64,000 nt of DNA from an uncultured Acidobacteriota bacterium (GCA_963720545.1 OY970399.1:768001-832000); one strand, 5' to 3'; counted from the first letter of the stretch, positions 10,022 to 26,374 are shown. Notes: generated from the sequence alone by a model not told the origin. A program made the numbers and translations.

Positions 10022-10720
10022 TCAGAGACCCAGACGGCGCAGGAGCGTCAGCGCCTGGGTGCGGCTCAGCGGGTCGAGGAAGAAGACGCTGACCCGCATC
10101 GTGCCGTGATCGGCGGGCGCCGCGCCGCAGACGCGGGCTGCGCTGAACACGGCGCCGTTGTCGATGTCGACGTTGATGTCGTCGCCGATCGAGAGCGGCA
10201 GCGCGGTCAGGAGGCGCGCGCCGCCGGCCGACAGGTCTTCGGTGATCGCGAGCTCCGAACAAGGACCCTGGCCGAGCCCCACTTTCACGGTCAGGACCGC
10301 CTGGTGACGCGCGGTGCGGCGCACGTCCGTGGTCTGCGCAGGCAGCATGAACGAACCTGCCGGGCTCGCGGTGAAACCCGCCGGCGCGGTCTTGCCGTGG
10401 AACATCACGCCGACGAGGGGCGGTGCGCCGCGGCGCACGTGGCGGACGATGGCGAACACGTTGTAGGTGGGGGCATCGGCGCCGAAGCGCCGCAGGCTGG
10501 CGGGCACCTCGGTCTGCAACTGCAGCACCTGGCCGGGAAACACGCGGTGCGCGAGCGGGAACGCCAGGCCGCCGCGGCAGCCGTTCACCGTCCGGGTTTG
10601 TTCCGCCCAGCGGGTGGTGAGGTCGTCGAAGCCGAGGACCGCCGTCTGGGCAACCAGTGGCCGCCGCGCCTCCGCCCTCCGTGTCGCCCGGTTTTCTCGC
10701 ATGAGCCTTGTCGTTTGCAT
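10022..10720 (-). CDS. Tandem PilZ-domain protein
   Basis: RRAEARR...NGCRGG (degenerate) and RRTARH...DLSAGG (canonical D.S.GG). Alternative start at 10702. Confidence 0.75.
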   Translation of the reverse strand: MQTTRLMRENRATRRAEARRPLVAQTAVLGFDDLTTRWAEQTRTVNGCRGGLAFPLAHRVFPGQVLQLQTEVPASLRRFGADAPTYNVFAIVRHVRRGAPPLVGVMFHGKTAPAGFTASPAGSFMLPAQTTDVRRTARHQAVLTVKVGLGQGPCSELAITEDLSAGGARLLTALPLSIGDDINVDIDNGAVFSAARVCGAAPADHGTMRVSVFFLDPLSRTQALTLLRRLGL

Positions 10721-10731
10721 CGTGCCTGGCC

Positions 10732-10817
10732 TGGTGCGGAAGGAGGGACTCGAACCCCCACGCCCTTTCGGGCTCATGGTCCTAAGCCATGCGCGTCTGC
10801 CGTTTCGCCACTTCCGC
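10732..10817 (-). tRNA. tRNA-Leu(TAG)
   Basis: GCGGAAG acceptor stem, TGGCGAAACGGCAGACGC D arm, CATGG-CTTAGGA-CCATG anticodon arm, long variable arm, GTTCGAGTC T loop and encoded CCA. Confidence 0.97.
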
Positions 10818-10845
10818 TCGTTTCTTGATCCGATAGTACCGCCGC

Positions 10846-12069
10846 TTACAACGAAGGGGAAAGCGCCCGGTCGAGGTCCGCGCACAAATCGTCGGGGTCC
10901 TCGAGGCCGACCGAGACGCGAAAAACGCCGTCGCCAGCAAAACCGCGGTAGCGCTCGAGGGCCGCTGCGTCGAGGTGGAACGACGCCTGCTGCACTTCGT
11001 CGGTCGCGATGTAGAAGATGAGGCTCTTGTGGTGCCCGAGCGAGACCGTGTAGTGGAACACCTCGAGCGCGCCGCGCAGCCGCCGGGCCGTCTCGGGCCC
11101 GTCGGCGACGCGGAAAGCCAGCATCCCCGACGCGTTCGCCATCTGTCGCGCCGCCAGCTCGCGCTGCGGGTGCGAGTCGAGCCCGGGATAGATCACGCGC
11201 TCCACCGAGGCGTGCCCTTCGAGGAATTGGGCAACCTGCAAGGCGCCGTCGGCATGCGCGCGCATTCGCAGAGGCAGGGTCGCGAGGCCGCGCATGATGA
11301 GCCAGGCGCTCCACGGGCTGAGGATAGCGCCCAGGTGCGCGACGCCTTCCTGGCGCAGCGGCCGCAGCAGGTCCGTGCGGCCGATGACGGCGCCGCCCAT
11401 CGCGTCGCCGTGGCCGGACATGTACTTGGTGAGCGAGTGGATGACGAAGTCGGCGCCGAGGCCGAGCGGCAGCGTCGCCACCGGCGTCGCGAACGTCGAA
11501 TCGACGGCGAAGAGTGCGCCTTGCTCGTGGACGATTGCAGCCGTGGCGGCGATGTCGGTGAGGCGCAGGATCGGGTTCGCCGGCGTCTCGGCGAGCACCA
11601 GGCGCGTGTGCTTGCGCAGCGCGCCGCGCAGCAGGTCCGCATCGGACAGGTCTACCGCCGACACTTCGATGCCGTAGCGCGGCAGCGTCGTCTTCGCAAA
11701 CTCCGCCACGCCCACGTAACAGGCGTCGCTGTAGATGAGGTGGTCGCCGGCGCGCAGGCGCGCGAGCAGGAGCGCCGTGGTCGCGGCCATGCCGCTGCCG
11801 AAGGCGACCGCCGCCTCCCCTTCCTCGAGGTCAGCGAGCTTCTCTTCCAGCTGCCTCACGGTCGGGTTGCCCTCGCGGGCGTAGAGGAAGGGAGCGTTCG
11901 CGAGGTCGCCGCTGGTGGCAAAGCCAGTGTCGGTAGCCGGCACGAAACTGGTCGAAAGCACCACCGAGGGCGCAACGGCGCCCGTCCCGGGCTCGGCCGA
12001 CTCTCCGGCATGCACGGCGCGGGTGCGCAGGCCGAACTTCCTGCTGGATGTTGACGTTGGCGTGGGCAT
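10846..12069 (-). CDS. PLP-dependent Cys/Met metabolism enzyme (cystathionine gamma-synthase / methionine gamma-lyase family)
   Basis: TRAVHAGE, YAREGNPT, FGSGMAA, ETPANP, VDSTFATP, HSLTKYMSGHGD (PLP Lys) and RVSVGLED. Confidence 0.92.
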   Translation of the reverse strand: MPTPTSTSSRKFGLRTRAVHAGESAEPGTGAVAPSVVLSTSFVPATDTGFATSGDLANAPFLYAREGNPTVRQLEEKLADLEEGEAAVAFGSGMAATTALLLARLRAGDHLIYSDACYVGVAEFAKTTLPRYGIEVSAVDLSDADLLRGALRKHTRLVLAETPANPILRLTDIAATAAIVHEQGALFAVDSTFATPVATLPLGLGADFVIHSLTKYMSGHGDAMGGAVIGRTDLLRPLRQEGVAHLGAILSPWSAWLIMRGLATLPLRMRAHADGALQVAQFLEGHASVERVIYPGLDSHPQRELAARQMANASGMLAFRVADGPETARRLRGALEVFHYTVSLGHHKSLIFYIATDEVQQASFHLDAAALERYRGFAGDGVFRVSVGLEDPDDLCADLDRALSPSL

Positions 12070-12144
12070 GTGGCCGATCGTATCCCGTGCGAGGCTTCCG
12101 GCGGACTCACTGTAAAATGGGCGTTTAGAAGCGAGGACGCATTG

Positions 12145-13425
12145 GTGAAAGTCGAGTTGGTCGAGGAGTCGGCGGTGCGCAAGGCCCTGTCGTTCGAGAT
12201 CGAGGCCGAGACCGTCGACCGTGAGATCGAGGCCAAGTCCCGGGAGTACGCGAAGAACGTGAAGCTGCCCGGCTTCCGCCCCGGCAAGATCCCGACCCAC
12301 GTGGTGAAGCAGCGGTTCAAGCCGCAGGTCCTGGAGGAGGTCGCCGAGACCATCATCAATAAGGTGGTGTTCGACGAACTCGAGGGCCGCGGCCTGCGCC
12401 CGCTCAGCAACCCGCAGGTCGCCGACCTCAAGATCGACGAGGGCCAGCCGATGACCTTCCGCGCGGTGTTCGAGACGCTGCCGGTGATCACCAAGCTGCC
12501 CGAATACAAGGGGCTCGCCGCGACTACCCGTACCCCGGCGGTGGCGGATGCCGACATCGACAAGGAAGTGGACGACCTGCGCGAGCAGCAGGCACGCTTC
12601 GAGGACATCGAGCCGCGGCCCGCTGCAAGCCGCGACTTCGCGGTGGTGGACATCGGCTGGAAGCCGCAGGACGGCGGCAAGGGCGGCCGCGACCAGAACG
12701 CAATCCTCGAGATCGGCAGCACCGACAACCACCAGGACATCAACGACGCACTCGTCGGCATGCAACCCGGCGACGAGAAAGCGATCACCGTCTCGTACGG
12801 CGAGGACAGCCCGGTGCCGTCGCTCAGCGGCAAGACGCTCGACTACACGCTGAGCGTCAAGTCGTTGAAGGCGAAGGTGGCGCCCGCGGCCGACGATGCG
12901 TTCGCGAAAAGCCTCGGCGAGTTCGAGAGCCTCGAGGCGCTGCGCAGCGCCATCCGCGAGGGGCTGCACAAGGCCGAAGAGCGCCGCATCGACCGCGAAA
13001 CCAAGGATGCGCTCGTCGCCAGCCTCGTCGAGAAGGCCGACTTCGAGGTGCCCGAGGCGCTGGTGGAGCGGCACATGAGCGCGCGCACCGAAGACATGGC
13101 GCGCGGCCTGGCCATGCGCGGCGTCGACCCGTCGAAGATCAACTTCGACTGGCGCAAGTTCCGCGACGCGCAGCGCGACGAGTCGGTGAAGGCGGCGAAG
13201 GCCGACATCCTGCTGCACGAGATCGCGAAACAGGAGCAGGTCGAGGTGTCGGACATCGATGTGCAGCAGGAACTCGAACGGCTCGCAGCGCGTGCCCGCC
13301 GCCCGGTGGAAACGCTGCGCGCGCAGATGGAAAAAGAGGGCGATCTCGAGTCACTGCGCGGGCGCCTGCGCGAAGAGCGCACCCTTGACTTGATCAAGTC
13401 GGCTGCTAGATTGGAGACCGCCTGA
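12145..13425 (+). CDS. tig: Trigger factor
   Basis: PGFRPGK ribosome-binding signature; GTG start (MKVELVEE) with GAGG SD; lies upstream of clpP. Confidence 0.95.
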   Translation: MKVELVEESAVRKALSFEIEAETVDREIEAKSREYAKNVKLPGFRPGKIPTHVVKQRFKPQVLEEVAETIINKVVFDELEGRGLRPLSNPQVADLKIDEGQPMTFRAVFETLPVITKLPEYKGLAATTRTPAVADADIDKEVDDLREQQARFEDIEPRPAASRDFAVVDIGWKPQDGGKGGRDQNAILEIGSTDNHQDINDALVGMQPGDEKAITVSYGEDSPVPSLSGKTLDYTLSVKSLKAKVAPAADDAFAKSLGEFESLEALRSAIREGLHKAEERRIDRETKDALVASLVEKADFEVPEALVERHMSARTEDMARGLAMRGVDPSKINFDWRKFRDAQRDESVKAAKADILLHEIAKQEQVEVSDIDVQQELERLAARARRPVETLRAQMEKEGDLESLRGRLREERTLDLIKSAARLETA

Positions 13426-14024
13426 TGTCCTATTCCGGAACGCTCGTACCGATGGTCGTGGAGCAGACCGCGCGCGGCGAGCGCGCCTACGACATCTACT
13501 CCCGCCTGCTGAAGGACAACATCGTCTTCATCGGCACGCCCATCGACGACAACATCGCGAACCTCATCATCGCCCAGCTGCTGTTCCTCGAGGCGGAAGA
13601 CCCGGAAAAGGACATCCACGTCTACATCAACAGCCCGGGAGGCTCCACCACCGCCGGCATGGCGATCTACGACACCATGCAGCTGGTGCGCCCGGACGTG
13701 CAGACGATCTGCGTGGGCCAGGCCGCCTCCATGGGGGCGGTGCTGCTTTCCGCCGGGCGCAAGGGAAAGCGCTTCGTTTTGCCCAATTCCAGGGTGCTGA
13801 TTCACCAACCGTGGGGTGGCGCACAAGGCCAGGCGTCGGATATTGCTATACAAGCAAAGGAAATCCTGAGGACGCGCGACCGGATCAACCAGATCCTCTC
13901 CCAGCACTGCGGACAGACGCTGGAGAAGATCCAGACAGACACCGACCGCGACTTCATCATGGATGCGGAGCAGGCGAAGGAGTATGGTATTGTGGACCAC
14001 GTGATCTCTCGCCGAGAGAAGTAG
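13425..14024 (+). CDS. clpP: ATP-dependent Clp protease proteolytic subunit
   Basis: [29 protein letters not shown] and DRDF. Confidence 0.98.
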   Translation: MSYSGTLVPMVVEQTARGERAYDIYSRLLKDNIVFIGTPIDDNIANLIIAQLLFLEAEDPEKDIHVYINSPGGSTTAGMAIYDTMQLVRPDVQTICVGQAASMGAVLLSAGRKGKRFVLPNSRVLIHQPWGGAQGQASDIAIQAKEILRTRDRINQILSQHCGQTLEKIQTDTDRDFIMDAEQAKEYGIVDHVISRREK

Positions 14025-14037
14025 CGAAGGAGAGGCC

Positions 14038-15294
<1,257 letters not shown>

Positions 15295-15364
15295 CCGCAC
15301 CGGCCGGCAGGTGACGGCGCCGCAGCAGGGGCGCTAGAGTGCAGCCAGGGAGAAGGCCCGCAGC

Positions 15365-17779
<2,415 letters not shown>

Positions 17780-17844
17780 CAACCGCAAGCCCGGCCCGCG
17801 CCGGGAAGCCGCTCCAACTGGACGCAGAAGCCGGACGCCACGAC

Positions 17845-19176
17845 ATGGAAACCGAGCAAGCCCCGCCCGCCGCACCCCCCGCGCCGCCCGCGGCAGGGGC
17901 TGCGCCTGTTCCGCCGCCGCCCGCGCTGACGCTTGCCGCGCTGAAGGCGATGCCGATCCGGCAGCTCAACGCGCTGGCAGTGGAATACGGCGTGCCCGAG
18001 GCGGTCGGCATGCGCAAGCACGACCTGATCTTCAAGGTCCTGGGCGTGCAGACGCAGCGCAACGGAGTGGTGCACGCGCGCGGCGTGCTCGAGGTGATGG
18101 CCGAGGGCTACGGCTTCATCCGCTCGCCCGAGTCGAACTACCTGCCGGGGCCCGACGACGTCTACGTCTCGCCGTCGCAGATCCGCCGCTTCGACCTGCG
18201 CACCGGCGACACCCTCACCGGCATGGTGCGCGGCCCTCGCGAGAACGAGCGCTTCTTCGCGCTGGTGAAGGTGGAGTCGGTCAACTTCGAGCCGCCCGAT
18301 ACCGCGCAGAAGGCGCTCTACGACAACCTCACGCCGCTCTATCCGCGCGAGCGCCTGCGCCTCGAGACCACGCCCGACAACTACACCGCGCGCGTGCTCG
18401 ACCTGCTGACCCCGATCGGCAAGGGGCAGCGCGGCCTGATCGTGGCGGCGCCGCGCACCGGCAAGACCTTCATCCTGCAGAACATGGCGAACGCCATCGT
18501 CGCCAACAACCCCGACGTCACGCTGATCGTGCTGCTGATCGACGAGCGGCCCGAGGAAGTGACCGACATGCAGCGCATCGTCAAGGGAGGCGAGGTGATC
18601 GCCTCGACCTTCGACGAGCCGGCCGCGCGGCACGTGGCGGTGGCCGAGATCGTGATCGAGAAGGCCAAGCGGCTGGTGGAGCACAAGCGCGACGTGGTGA
18701 TCCTGCTCGACTCGATCACGCGCCTGGCGCGCGCCTACAACGCGATAGCACCGTCCTCGGGCAAGATCCTCTCGGGCGGCGTCGACTCGAACGCGCTGCA
18801 GCGGCCGAAGCGCTTCTTCGGCGCGGCGCGCAAGATCGAGGACGGCGGCTCGCTCACCATCATCGCCACCGCCCTCGTCGACACCGGCTCGCGCATGGAC
18901 GAGGTGATCTTCGAGGAGTTCAAGGGCACCGGCAACATGGAGATCGTCCTCGACCGCAAGATGTCCGACCGCCGCATCTATCCCGCGGTCGACATCAACC
19001 GCAGCGGCACCCGCAAGGAGGAGCTGCTGCTGCCCAAGGACGAGCTGTCGCGCGTCTGGATACTGCGCAAGGTGATGAGCAGCCTCTCGCCCATCGAGGC
19101 GATGGAGCTGATCCTGGAGCGCATGGCGAAGACGAAGAGCAACAAGGAATTCCTCGACGCCATGAGCATGAGCTAG
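17845..19176 (+). CDS. rho: Transcription termination factor Rho
   Basis: [36 protein letters not shown] and EEFKGTGN; short Pro/Ala-rich N-terminus. It is the 3' part of ORF 15604..19176. Confidence 0.97.
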   Translation: METEQAPPAAPPAPPAAGAAPVPPPPALTLAALKAMPIRQLNALAVEYGVPEAVGMRKHDLIFKVLGVQTQRNGVVHARGVLEVMAEGYGFIRSPESNYLPGPDDVYVSPSQIRRFDLRTGDTLTGMVRGPRENERFFALVKVESVNFEPPDTAQKALYDNLTPLYPRERLRLETTPDNYTARVLDLLTPIGKGQRGLIVAAPRTGKTFILQNMANAIVANNPDVTLIVLLIDERPEEVTDMQRIVKGGEVIASTFDEPAARHVAVAEIVIEKAKRLVEHKRDVVILLDSITRLARAYNAIAPSSGKILSGGVDSNALQRPKRFFGAARKIEDGGSLTIIATALVDTGSRMDEVIFEEFKGTGNMEIVLDRKMSDRRIYPAVDINRSGTRKEELLLPKDELSRVWILRKVMSSLSPIEAMELILERMAKTKSNKEFLDAMSMS

Positions 19177-20639
19177 CCGGCGGCGGCGGCGGCGCGCGCG
19201 TCGTCGAGCACCATCGCCATGTCGTTGCGCGTGGTGCGGTAGTTGGTGACACAGGCGCGCAGTGCGAAGCGGCCGCGGATCGAGGCGTTCGAGATGTAGG
19301 AGCTGCCGCCCAGCTGCATTCGGCCGAGGAGCTGTTCGTTGCAGGCGTCAATCTCGCGTTCATCCCCCGCGCTGCGTTCCGTGCGGCCGCGCTGGGCCTC
19401 GGGCAGGTAGCGGAAGCAGACGATCGAAAGCTCCAGCGGCGCCAGCATCTCGAAGTCGCCGCTCTGCCGCACCAGCGCTTCGCAGTGGCGCGCCGCATCG
19501 AGGTTCGACTCGATCGCCGCCGTCATCCCCCGGGCGCCGACGTGCGCGAGCACCATCCAGAGCTTCAGCGCGCGGAAGCGCCGCGACAGCTCCGGGCCGT
19601 AGTCCCAGAAGGCAAACTGCTCGTCGGGATCCTCGAGCATCACGCGGGTGTAGTCGGCGCCGAGGTTCCAGGCTGGTCGCACCGACTCCGCGTCGCGGTA
19701 GATCAGGCAGCCGCAGTCGACCGGCAGGTACAGCCACTTGTGCGGGTCGAGCGACAGCGAGTCGGCCTCGGCCAGGCCGTCGAACAGGTGCCGCACCGAA
19801 GGGGCCATCGCCGCGACGCCGCCGTAGGCGCCGTCCACGTGCGTCCAGAGGTCGTGCCGGCGCGCCACCGCAAGGATGTCACGCAGCGGATCGACGGCGC
19901 CGGTGACTACCGTGCCGGCGCTCGCCACCACGCAGAAAGGGGTGTGGCCGGCGGCGCGATCGGCCGCAACCTGCCGCTCGAGGTCGGACACGTCCATGCG
20001 CAGCCGCGTGTCGAGCGCCACGCGACGCACGTTGCGGCGGCCGATGCCGAGCACGGCCGCGGCCTTGTCGATCGAGTGATGCGCGTCCTGCGAGACGTAG
20101 ACGCGCAGCGTCCCAGCCGCCTGCATGCCGTCCTCGCTGGCGGTGTCGCCGCAGCGGCGGTGACGGGCGGCGCAGAGCGCGGCGAGATTCGCCATCGAGC
20201 CGCCGCTCATCAGCAAGCCCGAGGCGGCGGGGTCACAGCCGAGCGCTTCCTTGAGCCAGTCGACCACCACCCTCTCGAGCTGCACCGGCGCGGGTGCCGA
20301 GCGCCACGCCGTGAGGTTGGCGCCAAGGGCCGAGGCGAGCAGGTCGGCCACCGCGCCCACCGCGGTGCCGGGCGAGGTGACATAGCCGAGCGCACGCGGA
20401 TGCGCGTTCTGGCGGCTGTTCGGCACGATCACGTCGCGGAACACCGCGAACAACTCCTCGAAACCGCGGCCGGCCTGCGGCAGCGGTTCGCGCAGCAGGG
20501 CATCGAGAGCGCGCGCCGAGGTGCGCGGGTAGACGGCGGCAGCGCGGATGCCGTCGTGGTAACGCGCCATCCATTCGACGGCCAGGCCGCCGATAGCGCG
20601 GATTTCATCGGCGGTCGGATCGAGTGGCGAATCGCCCAT
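19173..20639 (-). CDS. Group II PLP-dependent amino acid decarboxylase
   Basis: [43 protein letters not shown] and [10 protein letters not shown]. Confidence 0.93.
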   Translation of the reverse strand: MGDSPLDPTADEIRAIGGLAVEWMARYHDGIRAAAVYPRTSARALDALLREPLPQAGRGFEELFAVFRDVIVPNSRQNAHPRALGYVTSPGTAVGAVADLLASALGANLTAWRSAPAPVQLERVVVDWLKEALGCDPAASGLLMSGGSMANLAALCAARHRRCGDTASEDGMQAAGTLRVYVSQDAHHSIDKAAAVLGIGRRNVRRVALDTRLRMDVSDLERQVAADRAAGHTPFCVVASAGTVVTGAVDPLRDILAVARRHDLWTHVDGAYGGVAAMAPSVRHLFDGLAEADSLSLDPHKWLYLPVDCGCLIYRDAESVRPAWNLGADYTRVMLEDPDEQFAFWDYGPELSRRFRALKLWMVLAHVGARGMTAAIESNLDAARHCEALVRQSGDFEMLAPLELSIVCFRYLPEAQRGRTERSAGDEREIDACNEQLLGRMQLGGSSYISNASIRGRFALRACVTNYRTTRNDMAMVLDDARAAAAAG

Positions 20640-20666
20640 GAGGGCGATGCTAGTACGCGTCTGCGC

Positions 20667-21191
20667 CTAGACGCGCGACTTGCGCTCCGTGAAGATGCGC
20701 AGCAGGCCGTTCACCGCCAGGTGCAGCAGGATGTAGACGACGAGCGCCGCGATGTAGGAAAACATCAGCTGCATGGAGCCGACCGACGGATCGCGGAACA
20801 GGCCGCGGAACGGCGCCAGCAGCGGCATGCTGAGCGCATCGATGAAGCGCTTGAAACCGCTCGACTCGCGCGCACCGAACAGCTCGAGGACGATCTCGAC
20901 GCTGATGAGCCCGTAGGCGAGGTAGAACAGGTAGTCGATGACCTGCGAGGAACGGGTGACGCCGCGCGCCCGGCCCAGTTCGCGCTCGGTCTGCGCCACC
21001 TCGCTGGTCGCCTTGTGGCGCAGGTCGGCAGCCACCGAGCGGATCTCGGCCTGGTCGGCGGGGCTCCCCGCGGCATTCGATTCGCGCGCGATGCTCTGGT
21101 GGACGTCTCCCTCGAGCTTGCTCTTGATGCGCTCGTGCTGCGCGATCCGGCGGGCTTCGTCCTCGGCTACGGCAACCTTGTCAGGTTCCAT
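20667..21191 (-). CDS. YggT-family membrane protein with a charged N-terminal extension
   Basis: Two hydrophobic segments flanking [22 protein letters not shown]. Confidence 0.75.
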   Translation of the reverse strand: MEPDKVAVAEDEARRIAQHERIKSKLEGDVHQSIARESNAAGSPADQAEIRSVAADLRHKATSEVAQTERELGRARGVTRSSQVIDYLFYLAYGLISVEIVLELFGARESSGFKRFIDALSMPLLAPFRGLFRDPSVGSMQLMFSYIAALVVYILLHLAVNGLLRIFTERKSRV

Positions 21192-21218
21192 TCATGCGCC
21201 TCCGTGCCCAGGTAGAGC

Positions 21219-21234
21219 AGCAATCGGCGTGCCG
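21219..21234 (-). promoter_or_regulatory. Sigma54 (-24/-12) promoter of the YggT-family gene
   Basis: Minus strand CGGCAC-GCCGA-TTGCT with exact GG-N10-GC spacing, 27 nt before the ATG. Confidence 0.65.
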
Positions 21235-21327
21235 CCGCAATGCGCTGCGGAGAGGCCTTTAGCCGGTTTCGCGGGGCGTTCCAGGGTGTTTTCTACAAAG
21301 TGGGCCCCGGGAGGTTCGCGCGGCCTC

Positions 21328-21336
21328 TGGTATACT
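21328..21336 (+). promoter_or_regulatory. Extended -10 promoter of rpmE
   Basis: TGgTATACT followed by GAGGAG and ATG 21346. Confidence 0.6.
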
Positions 21337-21345
21337 CGAGGAGCT

Positions 21346-21576
21346 ATGAAGCCAGGTATTCACCCCGTTTACAACGCAGTCCCGGTCCATTGCGCCTGTG
21401 GCGCGACCTGGACGGCGCGCTCCACCAAGGGCCCGGAGATCCGTCTCGAGATCTGCTCCCAGTGCCATCCGTTCTTCACCGGCAAGCAGAAGCTCATCGA
21501 CTCCGCCGGCCGCATCGAGCGGTTCAACCGCAAGTTCGGCAAGAAGGAAGTCAAGGCAGCAGACGCCCAGGCGTAG
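21346..21576 (+). CDS. rpmE: 50S ribosomal protein L31 (zinc-binding C+ type)
   Basis: [24 protein letters not shown] and GRIERF. Confidence 0.97.
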   Translation: MKPGIHPVYNAVPVHCACGATWTARSTKGPEIRLEICSQCHPFFTGKQKLIDSAGRIERFNRKFGKKEVKAADAQA

Positions 21577-21583
21577 CCGCGCC

Positions 21584-21637
21584 ACGCCCCGTTCCCGTGC
21601 AGGAGCATTCTCACGGGCACGGGGCGTTTCCTTTTTT
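21584..21637 (+). terminator. Intrinsic terminator after rpmE
   Basis: ACGCCCCGTTCCCGTG...CACGGGCACGGGGCGT stem followed by TTCCTTTTTT. Confidence 0.75.
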
Positions 21638-21672
21638 GCGGGCGCAGGACTTTTTTCGAAAGGCGACGGGCA

Positions 21673-22758
21673 GTGGACGCGATCACGTTTCAGAAGCTGC
21701 GGGACATCGAGGCGCGGTTCGGGCAGGTCGAGGCATCCATGTCCGACCCGGCCGTGGTCCAGGACCAGTCCGCCTACCAGAAGCTGGCGCGCGAAGCCAA
21801 GGACCTGACGCCGATCGTCGAGCGCTACCGCGCCTACAAGGACGTGCTCGGCGAGAGCGCCAAGGTGGACGAGATGCTGCGCACCGAGACGGACGCCGAG
21901 CTGAAGGCGATGGCGCATGAGGAATTGCGCGCGTTGCAGCAGCGCCAGGCGGCGCTCGAGGCCGAGATCCCGCCGCTGCTCATCCCCAAGGATCCGAACG
22001 ACGAGAAGAACGTCCTGCTCGAGATCCGCGCGGGCACCGGCGGCGACGAGGCTGCGTTGTTTGCCGGCGAGATGTTTCGCATGTACTCGCGCTACGCCGA
22101 GCGCCAGGGCTGGAAGGTGGACGTCATCTCTTCGAACAAGACCGGCCAGGGCGGCATCAAGGAAGTGATCGCCATGATCGAGGGCGACCGCGTCTACTCG
22201 AAGCTGCGCTACGAGAGCGGCGTGCACCGCGTGCAGCGCGTGCCGGTGACCGAGGGCTCGGGACGCATCCACACCTCGGCGATCACCGTCGCCATCCTGC
22301 CCGAGGCCGAGGACGTGGACGTCAAGATCGAGGCGAAAGACCTGCGCATCGACACCTTCTGTTCGTCGGGGCCCGGCGGCCAGAGCGTCAACACCACCTA
22401 CTCGGCGGTGCGCATCACGCACATCCCGACCAACACCGTGGTCTCGTGCCAGGACGAGAAGAGCCAGATCAAGAACCGCGAGAAGGCGATGAAGGTGCTG
22501 CGCGCGCGCCTCTACGAGGTGGCGCTCGAGGAGCAGCAGAAGGCGATCGCCAGCGACCGCAAGAACCAGGTGGGCTCGGGCGACCGCAGTGAGAAGATCC
22601 GCACCTACAACTACCCGCAGAACCGCATCACCGACCACCGCATCGGCCTGACCGTGCACCAGCTCTCGGCAGTCCTCGACGGCGCGCTCGACGAAGTCCT
22701 CGGCGCGCTCTCCGCGCACTACCAGGCCGAGCGGCTCAAGAAGTCGACCGCGGCCTGA
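21673..22758 (+). CDS. prfA: Peptide chain release factor 1
   Basis: GGQ motif and the RF1-specific PxT (PVT) motif. Confidence 0.98.
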   Translation: MDAITFQKLRDIEARFGQVEASMSDPAVVQDQSAYQKLAREAKDLTPIVERYRAYKDVLGESAKVDEMLRTETDAELKAMAHEELRALQQRQAALEAEIPPLLIPKDPNDEKNVLLEIRAGTGGDEAALFAGEMFRMYSRYAERQGWKVDVISSNKTGQGGIKEVIAMIEGDRVYSKLRYESGVHRVQRVPVTEGSGRIHTSAITVAILPEAEDVDVKIEAKDLRIDTFCSSGPGGQSVNTTYSAVRITHIPTNTVVSCQDEKSQIKNREKAMKVLRARLYEVALEEQQKAIASDRKNQVGSGDRSEKIRTYNYPQNRITDHRIGLTVHQLSAVLDGALDEVLGALSAHYQAERLKKSTAA

Positions 22759-22777
22759 AGGCGCGCGGCCGCTGAGC

Positions 22778-23644
22778 GTGCGGGTCCGCGAGGCGCTTTC
22801 ACGGGGCCGCGGGCAGTTGCAGGCGGCGGGCCTCGACGCAGCCGACTTCGAAGCGGAACTGCTGCTGCTGTTCGTCCGCGGGATGGAGCGTGCCGCGCTC
22901 CTGGCGCGTCTCGAAGAGCCACTGCCGCCGGCGGATCTCGAGCGCTTCCTGGCGCTCGTCGCGCGGCGCGCGGCGCACGAGCCGCCGCAATACCTCACCG
23001 GCCGCCAGGACTTCTGGAAGCACACGTTCGCGGTGACGCCCGCCGTGCTCATTCCCCGCCCCGAGACCGAACTGCTCGTCGAGCGCGCCTTGCGCCTGCT
23101 CGATGAAGGCGAAGCCCAAGGTGCAGGTGGCGCGGCGCGGCCGACGCTGATCGACGTCGGCACCGGCTCGGGATGCATCGCCATCAGCCTCGCGCTCGAA
23201 AAGCCGGCGGCGGTGCACGCGACGGACATCTCGCCCGCTGCTCTCGAAGTCGCGCGCGGCAACGCGGCGGCGCTCGGCGCGAACGTTGCGTTCCACGAAG
23301 GCGACCTGCTCGCGGGCGCTGGCTCCTGGGCGCCAGGCGCCGACCTCATCGTGAGCAACCCGCCCTATGTCGATCCCGCCGACCGAGCTTCGCTGATGCC
23401 CGAAGTGCGCGACCACGAGCCGTCCATGGCCTTGTTCCCGCCCGGCGACCCGCTGCACTTCTACCGGCGGCTGGCACAGGAGGCGGGCGCGGTGCTGCGG
23501 CCCGGCGGCGCCATAGCGGTCGAAGTCGGAGCCGGGCAGGCGGCAGCGGTGTCTCAACTGCTGGCAGCCAGTGGCTACGATCATCTCGCGTCGGACCACG
23601 ATTTCCAGGGCATCGCGCGCGTCGTCCACGGCCGGCGCCGGTAG
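22778..23644 (+). CDS. prmC: Release factor glutamine methyltransferase
   Basis: LIPRPETE, DVGTGSG and SNPPY; follows prfA. Confidence 0.96.
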   Translation: MRVREALSRGRGQLQAAGLDAADFEAELLLLFVRGMERAALLARLEEPLPPADLERFLALVARRAAHEPPQYLTGRQDFWKHTFAVTPAVLIPRPETELLVERALRLLDEGEAQGAGGAARPTLIDVGTGSGCIAISLALEKPAAVHATDISPAALEVARGNAAALGANVAFHEGDLLAGAGSWAPGADLIVSNPPYVDPADRASLMPEVRDHEPSMALFPPGDPLHFYRRLAQEAGAVLRPGGAIAVEVGAGQAAAVSQLLAASGYDHLASDHDFQGIARVVHGRRR

Positions 23645-23657
23645 ACTCGACCCGCTC

Positions 23658-24911
<1,254 letters not shown>

Positions 24912-24912
24912 C

Positions 24913-26013
24913 GTGAAGGGCGCCGGCGGCAAGGAGCGAAGCGCCGCGCGGCGCGAGCTGCTGCGCTTCTTCCGCGCCAGCAAGCGCGACCTGCCCTGGC
25001 GGCGCACCTCCGACCCGTACCGCATCTGGGTCAGCGAGGTGATGCTGCAGCAGACCACGGTGGCGGCGGCGGCGCCCTACTACGAGCGCTTTGTCGCGCG
25101 CTTCCCCACCGCCGCGTCGCTCGCGGCCGCCGCCGAGGACGAAGTGCTGGCGGTCTGGAGCGGTCTCGGCTATTACCACCGCGCACGCAACCTGCTGCGC
25201 GGCGCGCGCCACGTGCTGGCACGGCACGGCGGCGCCTTCCCGCGCGACCGCAGCGCCGCGCTGGCGGTTCCCGGGGTCGGCCTCTACACCGCGAACGCGG
25301 TGCTCTCGATCGCCTACGGCGAACCGCTCGCGGTGGTGGACGGCAACGTCAAGCGGGTGCTGGCGCGGGTGTTCGCGCTGCGCGGGGCAGCCGCGACGTC
25401 CGATGCCACGTACCACAACCTCGCGGCCGACCTGCTCGACGCGGAGGCGCCGGGAGACTGGAACCAGGCAATCATGGAACTGGGCGCAACGGTGTGCACG
25501 CCGCGCGCGCCGGCTTGCGGTGCCTGCCCATGGCGGGCGCGCTGCCAAGCGCTGGCCCTCGGCCTGCAGGACACGTTGCCGCTCACGGCGAAACGCAAGG
25601 CGCCGGTGGAGGTGACGGTGCAGGCGGCACTCGTCCGCCGCGGCGACAAGTTCCTGTTCGCACGGCGGCCCGAGGGTGCGCTCATGGGCCGCATGTGGGA
25701 GCTGCCGCAGACGCGCCTCGACCGTGCCGATGGCGCGCGCGGCCGCCCGGATCTTGCCGCCGAGGCGCTCGAGCGCTACGGGCTGGAGCTTGCCGTCGGC
25801 AGCCTGCGCACGACGGTCCGGCACGCGATCACCTTCAGGCGCATCCGGCTCGAAGGCTACGAAGCGACGCTGTTGCGGCCGGTGCGCGCTTCGAAAGACC
25901 TGCGCTTCCTCGACCTTGCGGAGCTGGGCTCGGTGCCGACCTCGTCCCTCTCGCGCAAGCTGCTGCGCGGCGCGCTGGCGCCGCAGCTGCCGCTGCCGCT
26001 TGGGGTGCTGTGA
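24913..26013 (+). CDS. mutY: A/G-specific adenine glycosylase
   Basis: LPWR, SEVMLQQT, WSGLGYY, VDGNV.RV, 4Fe-4S motif C-x6-C-x2-C-x5-C and a NUDIX-like C-terminus. Confidence 0.95.
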   Translation: MKGAGGKERSAARRELLRFFRASKRDLPWRRTSDPYRIWVSEVMLQQTTVAAAAPYYERFVARFPTAASLAAAAEDEVLAVWSGLGYYHRARNLLRGARHVLARHGGAFPRDRSAALAVPGVGLYTANAVLSIAYGEPLAVVDGNVKRVLARVFALRGAAATSDATYHNLAADLLDAEAPGDWNQAIMELGATVCTPRAPACGACPWRARCQALALGLQDTLPLTAKRKAPVEVTVQAALVRRGDKFLFARRPEGALMGRMWELPQTRLDRADGARGRPDLAAEALERYGLELAVGSLRTTVRHAITFRRIRLEGYEATLLRPVRASKDLRFLDLAELGSVPTSSLSRKLLRGALAPQLPLPLGVL

Positions 26014-26032
26014 GCGGTGTACACTTCCGGCC

Positions 26033-26374
26033 GTGGCGTGCCTTTTCTGCGAGATCGTCGCCGAGCGGATACCCGCGAAGATCCTCTACCAGGATGACGA
26101 CGTGGCGGCGTTCCTCGACATCAACCCGCAGGCGCCCCACCACGTGCTCTTCATTCCCAAACGGCACATCGAGAGCCTGCTGGAGGTGACGCCCGCCGAC
26201 GATGCGCTCATCGGCTCGCTGGTGCGGCGCGCGCGCGACCTGGCCGGGCAGCTCGGCTTCGACGCGCGGGGCTTCCGCTGCGTCTTCAACACCGGCGACG
26301 ACGCCGGCTACAGCGTGCACCACGTGCACCTGCACCTGCTCGGCGGGCGCGCGCTGTCCTGGCCGCCGGGCTAG
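26033..26374 (+). CDS. Histidine triad nucleotide-binding protein (HinT-like)
   Basis: CLFCEI, AFLDINPQAP.H and HVHLH triad; GTG start. Confidence 0.93.
   Translation: MACLFCEIVAERIPAKILYQDDDVAAFLDINPQAPHHVLFIPKRHIESLLEVTPADDALIGSLVRRARDLAGQLGFDARGFRCVFNTGDDAGYSVHHVHLHLLGGRALSWPPG

Noticed and set aside
10732..10817. tRNA-anchored integrative element
   Set aside because: No integrase and no duplicated tRNA 3' end found by eye within the window.
12070..13218. N-terminal extensions on the PLP lyase (and likewise on the kinase 3753-4568, CHAD 58578-60257 and Smr 50136-50558)
   Set aside because: They overlap real genes on another frame or strand; homology motifs begin at the downstream starts chosen.
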